64,000 nucleotides of DNA from Aplysia californica (lineage: Eukaryota). The position numbers were made by a program, and so were the translations under genes. Location of the stretch: NCBI RefSeq assembly GCF_000002075.1, contig NW_004797279.1:2876534-2940533 (forward strand). Direction: 5' to 3'. The notes under the pieces are model-generated. The model was not told where the DNA came from and did no database searches. It worked only from the letters and a program-made list of their open reading frames with translations. Shown here piece after piece: positions 37,350 to 52,300 of this stretch; position 1 is the stretch's first letter; every line of letters begins with the position of its first letter.

Positions 37350-40130
37350 TTAAGTAAAGTTCTAAATACCTTAGTTGAAAGAGATTTAAGGAGTAAACAG
37401 GCAGTTGTGGAGTCAGAAGATATAAAAAGTTTGTGGCAAGGACAGTAACCACAAGGAATAAAGTACAAGTCTGGTAGTCTCTGACCTGCTGGTTATATAA
37501 TCCTTCAACAGCCTTGGTCTAAAACTTCAACTTAAAAGTTATGACTATGTTTGAGGAACTCACAAGAGATGAAAGTATAAATAAAAAAGCACATAAAAAC
37601 ATTCCAAAATGAGCTCAGAGGTAGTCCTACATTTTAAGAATTTGAACAACTTTGTAAACAGAAATGGAACTGGAAAATTTGGCAAGAGAACAGAGCACGT
37701 TAAACCTAAGTTTAAGCTGATGCCTTTACTCGTTTAATACATTTGGGAATAGCTCTTCTTACAAAAAGTAAAGTAAATCATGTGATAACACTGAACGCTA
37801 TAGTGGCAGACTCAACATGAAGATCAAAAGAACAGCTAAAAAATAGGTGATTCTAATAAAGCTGCTCTTACTTTTTTTCTTTGTTATGACAAATATCGAT
37901 AATAAGCTGTTCAACTGTTTTAACATCTAAGCCCAGAAGGCAACATTTTTTCAAGAGAGGAAAACAAAACTACTCCAATTCCTTTACAAATTGTACCTAC
38001 ATTAATGTGTATCTTTTCTCACTTCTTTTTTTCAACTTAAAATTGTAATTTCAACCAAAGAATAATATTTCATTAATATAATATATATATATCAACCAGT
38101 ATCACAGCTTTAGAAGTAGCAATAAAATTCTTTATTTTTACTTTGGACTCAGTACATCTCACCAGTGGGCCAATGATATTCTTCTCATCACTTCATTTAT
38201 TTCAAGACAAAGAAATTCACTGCAAAGAAAACAAAACGAATGCAATCAAAGTATACATACAGATCTCTCGAGGCACTCTTTATGGCAAAGCACAGTCAGA
38301 GCCGGCCTATTAACCCTCAGATATATATAGCTGTCTCTCATGCTCATGCTAAAGTATTTTGTCCAGTTCCAGGTTCCTGCCTGCATTGTTGTTTGCAAAG
38401 ATGGCATTCCATACACCTAACCCTGGAGGAAGCTGGATTTACCAAGCAGTCATCTCAGGTTCAGGGTAAAACATTACAAAAACACAACTGACAGAAAGAG
38501 TGTAAATATACAGTGCATAAATTCTGTACCCTCGGGCCATCACACAGTAAAAGTCAAAGACCATAAACAAAGGGGAAACTAAACCACACATTTGACATTG
38601 TGAAAAACCAACTTCACAGCAAAATTTGAGCAAGAACGGGTCTCCAACTTTTGCATGTATATCTTTGAGTTGGAGAGAACATAAAAGTTTTTTTTTAATG
38701 CAAGGGGCCGGACAGTAATAACACAAGTACTGGACATGGAATAAGACTTTATAGCAATGCTTCCAATCTCCCATGTGTCTCTGGGGATGCTATTTTGGCT
38801 ACATGTGTATATTACAAATTAACAAATTTAAAAAATTAGTGTGGATCCCTGAAACAGTAACAAGGCATTGCAGGTTTGCATGATTATTTTAATCAAAATA
38901 AAATGGACATGTAGAAAACTGTCCTTACAGTGCAGAGAGTGGACTAGCCACACATTTTGCAGCACAAAGTACAACAAAGACACAGACCATTCTCTCTCCA
39001 TCTTTCATGCAATAAAAAAAAGACACAAAACCAGTATTCAAATAAGCACAAAGAAAGGTGAAAGTCAGAATATGAAGGATTTTTCAGACTCTCAGTCCGC
39101 ACCAAATCAGGGAAAAAATAAAAACAACAAAGGCTTTAGAATAAAATTAGTTAATGTCTATCACCAGCATAATCTGTGCAGCACAAAATTTTCTTTACTG
39201 TATGAGAACAGAGAACAGCAGTATGCCACAAAAATAAATTACATAGAAAATATCATGTATCAACTCATTTTCCCCCATGTAAAACACAGTTAAAAATTAT
39301 ATCTTTCTCTAAAATTCACTTACTAGCCACAGGCACAGAAAATTTCTTTTCTCCATCAGACATTTTGCGACTGGGAAATTAAAGGAAATATTATCTCCCC
39401 TGAGTATTAGAATGGTAATGCTATGGGTAGAAATAAGTTCCCATGATTTGATCAAAAACACTCCATGTTAAATCCAATACATAAGTAATAATTTCTTAAT
39501 GAACTGAGTAAGTTGTCAGGAATGCAAAGGCATTAGAAGTCTCCTCCACCTCTTTCCTGTTTCCGTTCATTGTTTAAACACTCCTCAATAAAAATGACAT
39601 AGGGGCCTACTAATATTTCCAAACACTCCGCAATAAAAATGACATACTTAATATTTCCAAACAGAGCAAGTCTGTAACATTGACAGAAAAAAACCTAAAG
39701 TCCATTAGTCTCTACTCATATTGCATCTTACAGTATCGCCATTAGGTGGTTATTCAGTGATCCAAATGAAGAGAGAGTTAACACAGCAATCCACATTGCA
39801 AAACAAAAGCATTCTGAAAACTTTAAACTCAATGCGGCAAATAAGAAAACTCATATAATTTCGTACTAAAGACAAAACTCATCAAACATCATCAATGCCC
39901 AGTTGTCACAAATATAAAAAAGTAGCTGTGTTAAAAAACAATAAAACAATAAAACATGGTCTTCATTTCTCTCCTTTTCAACAAAAGCCCAAATCAACAC
40001 AGTATCCTCGAAATGGCACGTTTTTCCTGTAAGGATCAATGCAATGTTGTAAACTCAAATAAAGGCATACATATAACTTTTCTGTTCATACTGAAGAAAA
40101 AAAAAAGAAAACAAACCCTTACAGCAGATT

Positions 40131-40313
40131 CTATAACTTATACTTAAATTTGTCTTTATGTTCTCGAATAAGACCCAACGCTCTTGCACGCGTTTCTTCA
40201 GACGGCTTGGTAGAATCCCCACTGTCCATCATCCCTACACCTCTCAGCACCGACATTTCAGACGTACGTAGGAACGGATTGTAAAGCCTTTCTTCTCCAA
40301 GCGTGGATGGACA
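40131..40313 (-). CDS. PNKD: PNKD-like terminal coding exon (CPSTLGEERLYNPFLRT...KDKFKYKL*)
   Basis: TTTCAG acceptor, PSTxxEExxxNPFLR glyoxalase II C-terminal motif, TAG stop. Confidence 0.94.
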   Translation of the reverse strand, partial: CPSTLGEERLYNPFLRTSEMSVLRGVGMMDSGDSTKPSEETRARALGLIREHKDKFKYKL

Positions 40314-43300
40314 CTGAAAGAGATAACATAACAATCACTGACATAACTAAAATCGGGCATTCGTCAATTTTAGGGAATTTCGAGTTATTGGTATCACCTG
40401 AATGCTTACTCATCTGCCTTACTTTCAATAGAAGAAATACCTATCTATCTATTATCTCGAATAAAAGTCAAGATATTTTCAATTGAAGGAGGTGAGGTCA
40501 CCTGATTTCTGTGGTGAAATTAGCCACAAAATGGGCGCCAAAGTTTGCTAACTGCAATAGCTAGAGAATCCTTGAAAACTGAAAAATGACATATTTTGTG
40601 CCTTACATCAACGTTTTTCAGTAAAATTCACATCAAAATATGTTTTTTATATGGACATGAAAGGGGTTGAGCTGAAAAACAAAAATTCTATAAACATTGC
40701 CTGTTTCTTCAATTTCGTTACTTTGAGGAGAGCCTGATTTTTTCATGATGCCTTATATATTAAGCTTTTCAGTACAGAATATTCCCTTACAACATCTTGA
40801 GAATACTTTCAAAGTACATAACCTCATATTGGCTAAATTTTGAAATAGACATTTAGTTGAAAAAGCCGTAAGTGTAAATGTGAGGCAGCGTGGTGGAATC
40901 AGGCTCTCGTCAAAATAATCAAAGTGAAGAAACTTGCATTTTTTTGCAGGTTTGTGAATTTTTAACAAATTTTTGTTTTTTTGGCTCAACACTTTTCATG
41001 CCCATGAAAGAACTCATTTCTATGTGGATTTTTCTTAAAAACGTTGATTAAAGCAACCAAAAATGTAAATTTTCAGTTACCAGGGACTCTTACGTTAAGG
41101 AAATAACTAATCTTTGGCAGCCATTTTCTCACTAATTTTACCTCTGAAAACAGGTGACCCCCCCAACTCCTTCGTTCGCAAATATCTCGACTTGTATTCA
41201 AGATAAATGGATATTTTTTCCTTCAAATAAAGACAAATGAACAAGCTTTAAGATGACATAAATAACTCTATATGCCCAAAAATTGACGAGAGCCTGATTC
41301 CACCACACTGCCTCACAAATAATCATTTGAAAAACAGTATACAAGGCGTGCTGACAAAATGTTTTACATCTTTCAATCCGCAAAAGGAGATATGTATCAG
41401 CCAAAAATCGACACAGGGGCCAAATTTGTAGATTTTTAACTGATATCATTTTCTTCAGGTTCAACATGTCTTCTATCATGCCATACAAATAAACTGTACA
41501 AAGCCAACCTATAAATTGGATGTCTACAGGGCTAAAATCTCAGAAGTAACTAATTTTGTCAGCATACCTATATCGCGACCTCAGTGCTTTCTTGTTGTAT
41601 CTCCATTTTTTTAACAGTAAAATTGTGACTTAAGCTCACTCTTTGTTATGAACTGTTTTCACTGTTATTAAAAAAAGGAGATACGAAAAGAAAGCACTGA
41701 GGTCGCGATATATTAATCCCTTCACTTTGTCTCATTTCTTAAACAATCTCCCATTCCATTACAAAGAACATTTATGCTAAAAAGACCATAAGAGAGTAAC
41801 ATAATGGCTGCAACAAGAGTAGACTGAACGGGTACTCACTGTGCTTGCATTGTTCTCCCTCATCTCCTTCACCCATTCTAACTTTCTCTGAAAAGGAACA
41901 AAAAGATCAATACTGAAGTACAGGTATGATGATTTGGTACTCCCCTGGGTCCTAAAAGGTCCATAATGCTCTTTTCAGGCTGTCTGCCATAAGCTTAGTA
42001 AGTATTAGGCTATCAAGCATGGTCAGAAAGAAGGTGGACTTTAGAATAACTTCAAATATCTGGCCTTTTAAAATAAAATTAGAAGCCATACCAAATCAAC
42101 AGAATTCTTTTATTTATCCCCAACAATCCTTTCTCCTGAACCATTTGTTTCAGCCTGCCAGAAAGTTTTATGATCTCAATGGAATTTATGTGTATAAAAA
42201 AAGACTCTCTCTCTCTCTCTCTCCCCCTCTCTCTCTCTCTCAAGCCATGAAAACATTCTTAAACCATTTCACCAGTGACTTTTCCAGCAGAACATACCTG
42301 AGTTTCATCATTATCAGGTTCCAAATGGGCAGCAAATTCTAAATTATCTTTAGCATACTCATGACCTGTCAGAAAAAGAAAATTTCAGTTAAAACATGTA
42401 CAATACATCTATTACATGCAATATAGGCCTACAGTTTACATTTGACAAGTAGCCTACTTTGTTTTGTTTTCACCTTTTCTCACAGCTCTCCGAAAGAAAT
42501 GATCCAATTTAATAGAAAAGACCTGGTACATTTTTAAATCCTATTAGACATTGAAAGGGGCAATATTTTACAAGACCCATGAGCTCAGCCTGAGAGAAAA
42601 AAACAAAATACCAGTAACTTTTCAGGAAGACAGGAAGGTGCATCAGACCATCGTCCACCCTCCCTTCTTTCTCCATTGGAATTCTTATATTCACAAATTT
42701 TGCCATCTAATCTGCCTATCATACCAAAAGTTTTGAAATAAGTCAAATCTCGCTATACCGCCACCTTTGGAACCAGCATGAAGTTGGCCAAAGATTCTGC
42801 TATGTGATCTGTGTTTTAAAAGTTTCTTTTTATTGGTGATGTACATGTACATGCACTTGTATTCAGAGCAGAGAGTCCTCTATATCTCTATGTTTTTCTC
42901 GTGGAAGACAGATTATCAAGTAGCCAACCAGTGGGTGTGGTGTGCTGTGTGCAAAGTGTACTTCTGGTGGTCAGTTCGCTGGCAGTATGGAAGAGCAAAT
43001 TTACATTAGTTAAATACGGATCGCACAACTCAAACAGATGGCGGATGGTGGTGTGAAGGCATAAATATTATATTTAGATCTAAATAGGCGCACCTTTTCA
43101 TCATCGGCAAAACAAGGCGGTATAACGGGAGGGGGCATAACAAGGGTTGTTGACTGAATATAAAATATTTTGTGACTTAGAGAACAATAATACATGAGAA
43201 GTAACGACTCATGCAATCAGTCAAAATGACAATAAAACTGCAGAAAAAAAGTACATATTGTTCTCCCCGTGAATTATGATCTCCTTCCTCCAAAAATTCT

Positions 43301-46300
43301 GCACAATTCATATATTTTCAGAAAATGATGTAAATCTCATTAAAAATTAATCAAATTTTTAAAAATATAAATGAACATTTTTCGTATTCTGGAACATCAT
43401 TTGCTAAGGCTCATGCCACAGTCTGCCTAGCAGCAGGATACACTTAAAACAACAAAAATATGACTCGGCTCCTCACACAGACCTGGCCACAGCATTGTAC
43501 TTGGGGGTAAAGTCAGGAGCTTGTCTAGTGAACTCAGCATTGTGGAAGGAGGGGCTTCAAACATCCTCCCTGAGAGAGAACAACGGTAAGAGTCGTCCAA
43601 CAAATTAAAAAGGGAGACAAACATCAGGAGGCCACTATTGAAATACAAGCAGGACTTATATTATGTCACTTCACATACCAAAAGACATGATGGTGTACAC
43701 AAGCTAAGAGAAAATATAACAAGAAATACTTGATGAAAAACATTTGCTGCCGAACCTTTTAAAAGAACTGAAACCAAGACAGACAAAAGGTTGCTGCTAT
43801 CAATAAATTAAGCAGCATGTAAAACACAGAAATGTACCTAAAGGCATTCAGATAACTTTTCTTGATACTTGAGGGAGAACATGGGAATTTTTAAAAACCC
43901 AAAACACTTTCAATAAATGCTACCCACTAGACACTTAACCATTCTCTTATCAGCCTTAAATAAGAAAGAGAAAGAAAGAAAGAGGGGGGCAAAAGGGAGG
44001 GATGGGCAAAGAGATGTACAGAGAGAAAGATAGGGAAGAAGAGACGAGGGAGAGATAAGGGAACAAAAAAAAATCTGATAAATGTAGACAAAAGGACGAA
44101 TTTTCAATCATATACCATAAGAAACGAGTACATTCCCCACCTCCAAAGGAGAAGGGGGAAAGAAACGGACACATTGTTGCACACAAACTTTTATAGTTAA
44201 AACTTGTACAGGCGGTGCAGCAAAAGTTAACATCTATACTCATAATATTCACTTTTCTGAGAGCGCAAAGTTTTCTTTCCTTTTTCCTTTTTCTTCTCTC
44301 ATCAATGGACCAAAGTGCTCTACCGTTGAGATGGCCTACTGCATCAATAAGAAGGCTAAATTCTTTTAAAAGTGCAAAACAGTCTTCAAGCCTAACTTAC
44401 CTACTCCACCCAAGAAGAGACAATCCCCTGAGAATAAGCAGTCATCTGTGCCAAAGACGCTTCCATCCAATAAGTACACAATGTGACCCACAGTGTGGCC
44501 AGGAGTGAACACAACACGAAAATTTAAATCTCCAAACTGAAGAGTGTCTCCTTCTGTGAGGGAACTGTGAGTGTAGAAGAAAAAAGAAAAGAAAATTAGT
44601 TTTAGTTTAGTTTTAGTAGAGGTTTTACACCGCTTGCAACTGCATTAGATCAGAAGAGCGCCAGAAGATCAGAGGTGTTACAAGAGAGAAACAAACATAA
44701 AAAAGAAGAAGGGGAGATAAGGACGATAGATGTTTGATAGGAAAGAAGAAGCAAACCACACCAGAGCACCTGCCAACCACCCACAGAAAATAAAATAAAA
44801 GCACGGAAAAAAAATATTACGGCTTTATCAAGATCCAGATGTGCACACAGCAAGGTACTTCAAATCTCTCAATGGAAGGATCCCTTTCTAAGAGGAAGGT
44901 AAGTGGAGGAAAATTTTTATAAAGCATAAGTAAACATCATGACACCAATCAAAGTAAAATGTTTCTTTAAAAAAAGGTCACTATGCACATATCAACCGAT
45001 TAAGGAAATACAAATCTCTGAATGGAAACATGACTATATTCTGTAAATCAGCCAAGAAGTAAAACAGGAAAAAAAAAAGCTTAAAACCTTCATGTTTGCT
45101 CCTTCTGGCAGCACTTTTCGTCACGAAAAGCCGTGAATTTAGTTGTTCTCCTTGCAATTATTGACTGCCAGATCATTCATAAAATAAATGGTTCATCTAA
45201 AGTACAAATATTACTTTAACTCTTTGAACATGGAACAACACTCGTAGCAATAGTTGGGAAATCCCAAACTCACGTCAACATTCATAGGTATTTCTCATTA
45301 TTTCTTCTAATATTTATTTTTATCTTTGATCGAAGTGTGTTTACATCCAGTTTCGTAGGCCTATTTGTCTATGAAATTCAAGTGCTGACTGAGCCTGTGT
45401 TACCTTTGAAAGTGATTTTCTTCTACTGAAGTGAGAACTTTTCACAGTTTATTTGGGTTAACAACAGCTGTTTGTACCACAATGGCATCTGAAACACAAT
45501 AGTAGCTTAAATGTTGGAGAATCACAGTTGAGAGAGCAGTGGAACCGTTTCAAGATCCAGCATCATGACTGACAATGAAAACAGCTAAGATCATCTAGAA
45601 CAATCCAGCAGCGAAGAAGACCTTGATCTGTAAGGGAATCAGATACAGATTTTTGTGCGGTCATCTGAGTAAATGTGTTTCACTCAACAAAGTCAAGAAA
45701 CATTCATGATTCTCATATTTTATGCTTCCGCAGGCAATTTTCTTTGATTTGATGATTAACATGACTAGTGGCAGTCGAAAGCAATACACGATAGTCTACG
45801 TCTATGCTGTTAGCTCCAAGTTGTTGTGTGAATGAATGTGGGCAGCTCTTTTACAATTCTTTACATTATTCTTAATTTCATCGCTTTCAGTATCTTTTAG
45901 TCTAACAGCAATAACAATGTAGAAATTTTGATACTTGCTTTTTGAGACTTGAAATCCTATATTATTGCTTTAAGTTTAAAGTAACATCTAAAGAGGACTC
46001 ACAACCAGCAAATGATATACTGAGCAAAAACAAAGCCATAACAGGAACAACTATTCATAAAGAACTTACTTTGTGCTATCTGGAACATTGTCTATTGAAC
46101 CTCCATATATGGGAATGTTAGGAAATTGTTCTTTCAGCTCCTTGTTCCCACCACTGTGATCCCTGAAATACAAAGTCACATTCCAAAATGAACTCCTTGA
46201 GCGTCTGACAACCACATAACCCCTATTCTCAGTCCTTTCCATTTTGGAACACGCAACAAACTCATATGAAAGAGAAAATAAAAGTATTGTAGGCCTACTT

Positions 46301-49300
46301 CTATACATAATGTTCATAAAACTATGTTATTAAAAAATATGTGATAAAAAGAACTCTTCCAATTTTTCATCTCAAGAAAAGAATATTTACAATAAGTTAT
46401 CAATTTTTTTTAAAAATATTTTAAAAATATTTTCCCTACCAACTTGTGGGGAATGAATTAGTCATACAGTGGCCATAGCAATGAAGAGTTGATGGTTCAA
46501 TTTTTTAAAAATAGGAATGGGATCTAATGAATAGTTTTAACTACAGAGGTTTGTGTGCAACAACGGGTCTGTTTCTTTTTCCCTTCTCCATTGGGAGTGG
46601 GGAAGGTATTTGTTTCTAATTTCTCCCTCTTAGTCCAAGATATGATCTATCTGTAAATGGATCTAATTAAATTGTGACTTTTCAGTTAAAAACTGAAAAC
46701 AGAGAACTAAAAATCATATTTTGCGACAATCTGAACTCTAAAACTACATTGTATTTGTCACTTTCAAAACAGCTCTTTGATATGACATAACTAGACCAGT
46801 CTATTTCTAAAGAAGCAGATCATAGAATAAATTATCAAAAACTAAATGCACCTACCAATGCTTATGGGTCACAAGGATAGCCTCTGGTTCAACATTTCTC
46901 TGAGCAAGAACTTTCTGGAAATATTGATCAAAATTAATCAGAAACTGAACAAGACTAGAGGGCATACACACAAAAGAAAAAAAAGAAAAAAGCAAAACAT
47001 CAGTGTCTTTATGACCAACATTTCAGAGACCAATTTTAAATGACAAAATTTCAAGCTTAGTATGATTCAGGAAAGAGCATACTAAAATTATTAAACATCT
47101 GCTGAGACACTACACAGCATTAAAAAAGAAGGTGCTGCTTTAGCAATGACTATTGTAAACTTTCTACACATAAAAGTAACACTATAAGGCCACCTAGCCA
47201 AACTATAAATTGAGAAATTGGTTGAACTTTGCTCCCTATTCGGTATATCCATAGAAATGTAAGCAGTATTTAAGACCACTCAAGATCCTACCATTTACCT
47301 ATCCTCTTAACTTTGTGATATTATAATCATATCTTACATAAGAAATGCAAGTATGTATGCCACCTGAGGTAACAGAAAAAATATATTAATAGTAGATAGG
47401 AAGGCTGTAAACCCAAAATCTACAGTCAACCAAAACTAATTATTGCTATTATTTCTCATCAATGAATTTGCCTGAGGCATAACTACAGGCAAGCAAGGTG
47501 TCAACTGCTCTCCGTCTTATGTCACTTTATGCACCTGACAGTTTAAGGAGAGAATGAGTTAGTAAATATCATAACTATTACTGTTGATATATATGCTTCA
47601 AGTAAATTAAGGATTAACATGTATAGGGTAGTCTGATTTTCAGTACAGTACCATGAAAATTAGAAAGGGGGAAAGGGGGGGGGGGAGGATTCTGACTAAA
47701 ATATTGACATGAAAAGCCATTTGACATCCCTCCAAACCAAGACTTGCATTATGCTTACACACAGATAGCTCTTCACATCCATAGAGTAGTCAAAATAAAT
47801 GTGTCAAGCAAGAAATCCACCATTTGTTGACACTTATAAACAAATCAAATGAATAATTTGTTTATAGACTGAAGATACACCTGTTTTAGTGCTCATTTGA
47901 GTGGGGATGTTGTAGTCTGTAGCAGCTTCTTTTATCTAACAAAAAGTACCTGCACCGCCTCAGCATGACCAGGATCTACCAGAACAGACTTGTTGGACTT
48001 CTTGTCAGACACTAGATAGGCATAGTTGTCCAATAACATAGGTATTGGCAAGATGTTCAAATCTGTGAAATAGATAAAGACAAAAGAAAAAAATCATTCT
48101 TTCTCTTCTTTCACAACACTTAAAATATTATAAGCCACCACAAGTTGTATATTTAAAGATGACACGCATGCTCAATCAAGTAAATTAATTTTATTAACAT
48201 ACACTTCAAGTTGCCTTTAAACTTATTCTGTACCCAAAAGGAGTTGCTAGAAAAGAGAAGAAAAAAAAACTTTAAGTTTTAGTACATGCATTTCGTAAGT
48301 TTACCTAACTATCCTTTCTCTATCATATTTTTAATATAAAGTAAATATCTAAACCTTTTACAAATATATTCTTTTTTAGCAAGAAGGAATAGTAGAGATA
48401 GAAAGAACATTTTTATTAAAAGCTGGGTAGATTCTGACCTTAAGCTACACAGAGCTAGACCACAAATATATCGATTTAGTTAATATTTTCGTAAAAATTC
48501 ATATTATGCTACAGTCAACATGTGACACTTAGACACACAGATCACTTTATGAATATTTTTTTTCAAACAGGCAAGAAGGATTGGTTTCCACAAGATATAA
48601 ATTTCATACATGACACTTAAGTTACAATATTAACCCTTCACTAACAGGACTAAGTACACATAATCCTACTACATAATCCTGCTAGATAGCCAGACAGACA
48701 CCACCACAGCAGAGAAGAGGTGACATAAGAATACTAAAATTGCAAGCTGTGAGCTTTATTCAAAGCAATTTTTTTTAGATATAAAGTGGCAGATAGGTTA
48801 CAAGCAACAAAATATTTGTTACTATTTACTTTTAAACATCTTCACTCACAGCTTATCTAGGACAAAGATCTTCCTCAGATCAGATGGAATTCATAACACA
48901 TTTATCATTCATGGTCTAAACTACGTAGAGACTTCAATATTAATATTTTTTTATTTTTTTTTCAAAAGGAACAATACCAAAGGGGTATAAGAGAAATAAC
49001 AAACCAACTATTTTCTATCAATTCAAACTTTCCCTCATATCTATCATGAAAGTTACGCTAAAATTTGTACAAACAAACAGTACAACCACAGTGAGTGAGA
49101 ATCACGGACATCAACAGTTTCCCTTTATAGCCTACATTGGTCACGATTTCAAAGGAAGTTGACAAATTCATTTAACAGCTTGTGAAAATGACTAGCTTAG
49201 AGACAAATTATAGACACTCATCGTAAGTGACTCGCACAAACATAGACACCGAATTGCACAGTTAAGTAATGTTGAAATTGTTTTCGTATTGTAATACTTG

Positions 49301-52300
49301 ATGAACCTTTGATTGATATCTGAAAAATGTTTGTTTTACACTTTTTAAAATGTGATGTGGGGAAACAAAGATTTTATTTTTCCTTTTTTATAAAAGAGAA
49401 AATACTTTTATTCCTAATTGAACAGGTAAGGCCTAAACTATTTTCTACTGCAACCCCCAAAAAATTTAAATTAATATCACACTATTTTTAATGTATCATC
49501 TTTCAAAGCATAATTTTACTTCAACTTTAATATAGAAATATCACATACTTCCAACCACAAAATCTTTCATATCAGAGTGCCCAGTGTCGCCTAACTTTTC
49601 TCTTGCTTTCTTGATATCCTTCTGATGATAGTAGTAGCCAACTCTCGTCCTTGTGTACAAATAATATCTGCAGGGGCAAAAAATATAGAAAATATAGGTG
49701 ACACTTCAAAACCATAGTATTTTTGACATGTTATGTCATGATTAAGTCTCAAGAAGACCACTACACACATGATGTGAAACAATGATGTGCAGTAAAAAAA
49801 TTTCAAATCAATGATAATATTACAATATTTAGTCAAAATTGTCAAAATATTTTTTTCTCCCCAAAAATCAGTATTTTTGGGGGTGAAATGACACAAAAAT
49901 TACCACTCAAGACATATGTAGGTTTTTTCCAAATGCAATTCTGAATAATTCCATTACGAGTGTTTTTTTCTGTTTGTGAATGCATCTTGTCCTTTTTGCA
50001 AGATTTTTTTTTTCCCCAATATCAGATGTTATGATACAAATGTACAAATTTTGTGGAATGTATATTGTACATATATAATGGCAAATTTTTCAATACTTTC
50101 CCGTCCTGTATTCCTTTATGGATATTTTGGTATTCATTTGACTAGGTGCAAACATATGTTTTGAGTTTCACCAAAGATGATTTTTTTTTAATTTTCAAAT
50201 TGTATTTGCATCCAAGCGAAATTGTGTTGCATAATCGCTTCTTACAGGAACAAAAGTTGAAAAACACACAAATAAACATTATAGATGTATTCCACAAATC
50301 ATACTGAAAATGTATATGTATAGATATTTACTAATATGTCGATATTTATTTGAATTTATGTCCCCAAAGACCTTTGAACTGCGCACTAGTCATCATCTCA
50401 TTTCGCCCTCCCCCCCAAAAATCGCCCACAAGCCCAAAATGATACATAGCGAAAGAGTTAAGTTATTTCTGTAGGCTTAATTTATTATATTAATCGAAGT
50501 GGCTATATGGAATAGGGTCTGAATAGCTTCCTGTTGCTATTCGGACTCAAACTCCAATCCGCGGATAAAATGTAATACGGGGTGCCCATTGGGGAATCGG
50601 GTCTGGTCATGGCCGTTTGCAAGCCAGATTGAGGGCGCAAAGTGGCTATGGTGGCATAACCTGATCACGCCCGACTAGTTGACTCTAAAACAAACACATT
50701 TGTTTTCAAGCGACAAGTAGGGCCATCGCCCCTGACCCGACCCGATCTCATTCCCAATGGGCATTCCATATAACACTATCAGAATATGTAGGCCTCCCCT
50801 ATTGTATTGTCCTGACTTTTTAACATCATGTAAAATATGCTGTTGGAAAAAATTTTCCTTTAGTAGACCCCTGTTACTTTGAATGACTGACTTTTGTTCC
50901 CTTTGGAAAGGTTTTAACTTTTCTCTTCTTAATTTCTGACCGGATTTCAATTGATCAATGACATCCATTGTTTTTCTCGTCAAATAAAGCGGGTTCAGAC
51001 TACCTATATTGATAGAGTTTTAATAATCCTTTGTTGTTCTGAAACTTTGATTTTCAATTTTTTTCCACTGCTTTGAGCTCAGAGTGCCGTTTCCCTGTTT
51101 GCCTTTCTTGTGTAGTATTTCAGATTTTGCAACTGTTGTTCACTTTTGACATCACTAATACTTTTCTTAATTCGTGTAAAAAATTAAGGTCAGATCGTAA
51201 AAATCGAGGAAGGCCAAGGTCGAATTGCCTGTCCGCTTCACATCCGGTACACACGTTGATTGCGCATGCGCATTGGAGTTTTGAGTCCGAATAGCCACGG
51301 GAGGCTATTCAGACGAGTCCGAATAGCTGCCGTCTAGCCTTTAATACGGTATTTAAACTTTCTCTCCCGTTTTACACTTATCTGAGTCAATTTTCCAAAT
51401 GGGGGGGGGGGGGGTTATTACAATCCCTGATTCGACCAATAATTTAGATCTAGATCTTTCGAGAGATCTAAGATCTACAATTCTTCATGACAATGTTCAA
51501 TGACATGGGTCTGCAGCAAAAAATTACACAAGCGGATAGCTAGAGAACGTCAACTAAATGCCATTGGCCGACATTTATAGTAACAGCCATCTTGTTTGAT
51601 GTCATTGGGGGATTTCGATATTGTTGCCAGCCATGGTGGCAACACGACGGCAGCCGGCCGACTCGGATTACATTTATTTTCTTTGCAACAAGCAAAACTG
51701 TTCGGTTCGGTTGTCTGTGAATGTGCAGCACCCTTCTTCCGCCAAGATTGATTCTGACGCTGTACACAAGGTAAATTGAGAAGAAGACTAAGAGTAGGCC
51801 TACGTACGAAAGACAGTTCAATGACGCAGCGCAAATGATCGACCGGTTCGATCCGGATCGTTTCTTTTAAAGTTTTGTAAGCACAAGAAATTAAGCACTT
51901 ACGAGTACAAGAGATTGGGCTCAATAGGACACTGAACTGCAAAAGAGTAGATCTAATTCGAGACAGCAAGGTTTGCAAATGGATACTGTGAGGTGCAAAG
52001 ACAGTATACTAGGGGGAACCACATTATCCACATTATAGGAAAGACTCAAAGAGGGAAGGCAGTATGGGGAAGGCGGAAAGGGGGGGGGGGGATGAAGGGG
52101 CAGAAAGCAGGGGAGGAAAAGGAAAGAGGAGCACGGTGGAGGAGTGATGTAAACGGGGATGGGGGGGCATAAAAAAGGGAGAACAAAGAAATGTATGTCT
52201 CCTTGTTTAATGCAGATAAACTTGTACTGACACACACACAATGACACTTATACGATGCCACATGCTCACACATATATGTGCACACACACACACACATACA

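Noticed and set aside
51903-51936. 34-nt minus-strand cassette (TTTTGCAG...CTC|GTAAGT) as a PNKD coding exon
   Set aside because: Length is not a multiple of three and the LFRIG-YYLYTRT junction is already continuous; at most a non-coding or poison exon.
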